The notes under the pieces are model-generated. The model did not search any database and had not been told where the DNA came from. It saw only the letters and a list, made by a program, of their open reading frames with translations. From the NCBI GenBank assembly GCA_010909165.1, contig MU008168.1:1178001-1242000 (forward strand): 64,000 bases of DNA, given 5' to 3'. This DNA is from Anthoceros angustus. Taxonomy: Eukaryota; Plantae; Anthocerotophyta. The position numbers and the translations under genes are program-made. Below are positions 62,817-64,000 of this stretch, in pieces. Each line of letters opens with the position of its first letter. Within the stretch, counting starts at the first letter, position 1.

Positions 62817-63730
62817 CTGAGAACATCCAAACATGGGTTCATTAGAATTACACAGTCAAATATTTTGGGACGAATCAGTAGTCGGTTGGGTGCCATCCAT
62901 TCCCAGCTATAGATCATGCCCTCCAAATTACGAACTCCAGATGTGAATGTCTACGGGTTACTCCATGCTAAAACAACTCCTTGCGCGGGACTTGATGTAT
63001 AGATGTATACTTTGAAATAACCTCCCTTCCGCGGTGAGCTAGGCTCAAATGTCAGCTATAAGTTGAGCGAAGGAGGCCTGTTGCTCTTGGAACTGCCAGC
63101 TACGGAATTCTGGAAGTCTGCGGTTTGTTCGTTCGAGGGTGGCGTCTTCCACCTCTTGAACTTCAGCAAGATGAGGCACAGGCTTCTTTCCAAGCAGAAG
63201 ATGGCACAGGCCTGCCCTGTTGAACTCGCCTTGTGATGTGTGCGGAGTCTACCACTCTGGGGTCTTGTAACGGAGCTGTAACTCTAGCACATGTTTAGTG
63301 TTTAGAAGTGCTTGCTAGGCATTGCACCAAGCTCCTCAACCATGGACTCTCCTCAGTTAGGTGAAAATGAACCTTCTGCAAGGTTGAAAGCACCCGGTTA
63401 CAGTCTCAACTCACACCCTGGCTAGTAGCATGTGGTAGTTGGAGTCATCGCACGTACGATTTGGAAAGGCCCGGGGTCCGGGGATTCGGCCAGGCAGGAG
63501 AGAACATTCAGATCGATTTCACTCAGCTTCCAACCCTGCCGGTGCATCCATAAAACCTATCCAGCAAAGTAAAGCAGCAACACATAACTGTGGAAACGGA
63601 GGAGCATGGAACAAGCATAACTGTGCAAACCAGCACGAGCAGCATGAAGTGAATGCGCTCTTCATATAGATACGTCCCGTCCTCGTTTCCTCCTACTGCA
63701 ATGATCTCAATGATGGTCTATGCTGCTGAA

Positions 63731-64000
63731 CTACACATCCCTAATGAGGCTTCCAGCCGCCGAGATCCAGCCAATGATCCACGCAGTGAAGACGCGTGCT
63801 AGCCCCAAACCACTGGTAGGGGCCCCTAAACCCTCGTCGGGGCAGGGAGGAAGCCACCTCCAGCTAGCAGGCGTTTGTCGCAGATCGAGAGCCAAGAGTT
63901 TGCCCAGCCGGGCGTGCATGATGTATATTTCGTCCTGCCCCGCCACGACCTTCATCACATCGCGAACGGAGCGGACAAGAAGGATTATACGACCTCCCTT
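63731..64000 (-). CDS. 3' end of a probable F-box/kelch-type beta-propeller protein (partial)
   Basis: Open frame from the window end: ..EIYIMHARLGKLLALDLRQTPASWRWLPPCP..*. The WRWLPxCP motif resembles plant F-box/kelch C-termini. Confidence 0.45.
   Translation of the reverse strand, partial: KGGRIILLVRSVRDVMKVVAGQDEIYIMHARLGKLLALDLRQTPASWRWLPPCPDEGLGAPTSGLGLARVFTAWIIGWISAAGSLIRDV

Overview
Gene-dense eukaryotic nuclear DNA from a non-seed land plant. A hornwort or lycophyte-like source is inferred from PLS-type PPR genes, short GT-AG introns and tight gene packing. The first ~41.5 kb is a tandem segmental duplication. Unit A is ~1,900-23,690, unit B is ~23,690-41,445, and the tail of an earlier unit occupies 1-1,900. 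Each unit carries a degenerate ~100-bp satellite, a 5'-truncated PPR pseudogene, a giant plus-strand gene and a minus-strand TruA-family pseudouridine synthase. The giant gene is the main result. It has 8 (copy A) or 5 (copy B) tandem ~1.33-kb copies of a whole TORNADO1-type LRR domain, one further LRR domain, a ROC GTPase and a COR region. It ends in a protease domain with animal-caspase-like motifs (CCINAHGG, KPKVFLINACRA, STSHGQQSFR, QCPVFSSTLTRKL) rather than metacaspase motifs, giving an LRR-ROC-COR-caspase ('Roco-caspase'). Both copies show many frameshifts, mostly small deletions, often at homopolymers, that differ between copies. This suggests uncorrected long-read error, but real decay cannot be excluded. 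The unique part (42.3-64 kb) holds an ET/GIY-YIG gene, an LTO1-like ORF ending only 14 nt upstream of SUV3, a PLAC8 gene, a decayed LINE, NAP1, a BED-finger gene and the 3' end of a probable F-box/kelch gene. All assignments are by motif recognition; no searches were run, and identity estimates are by eye.
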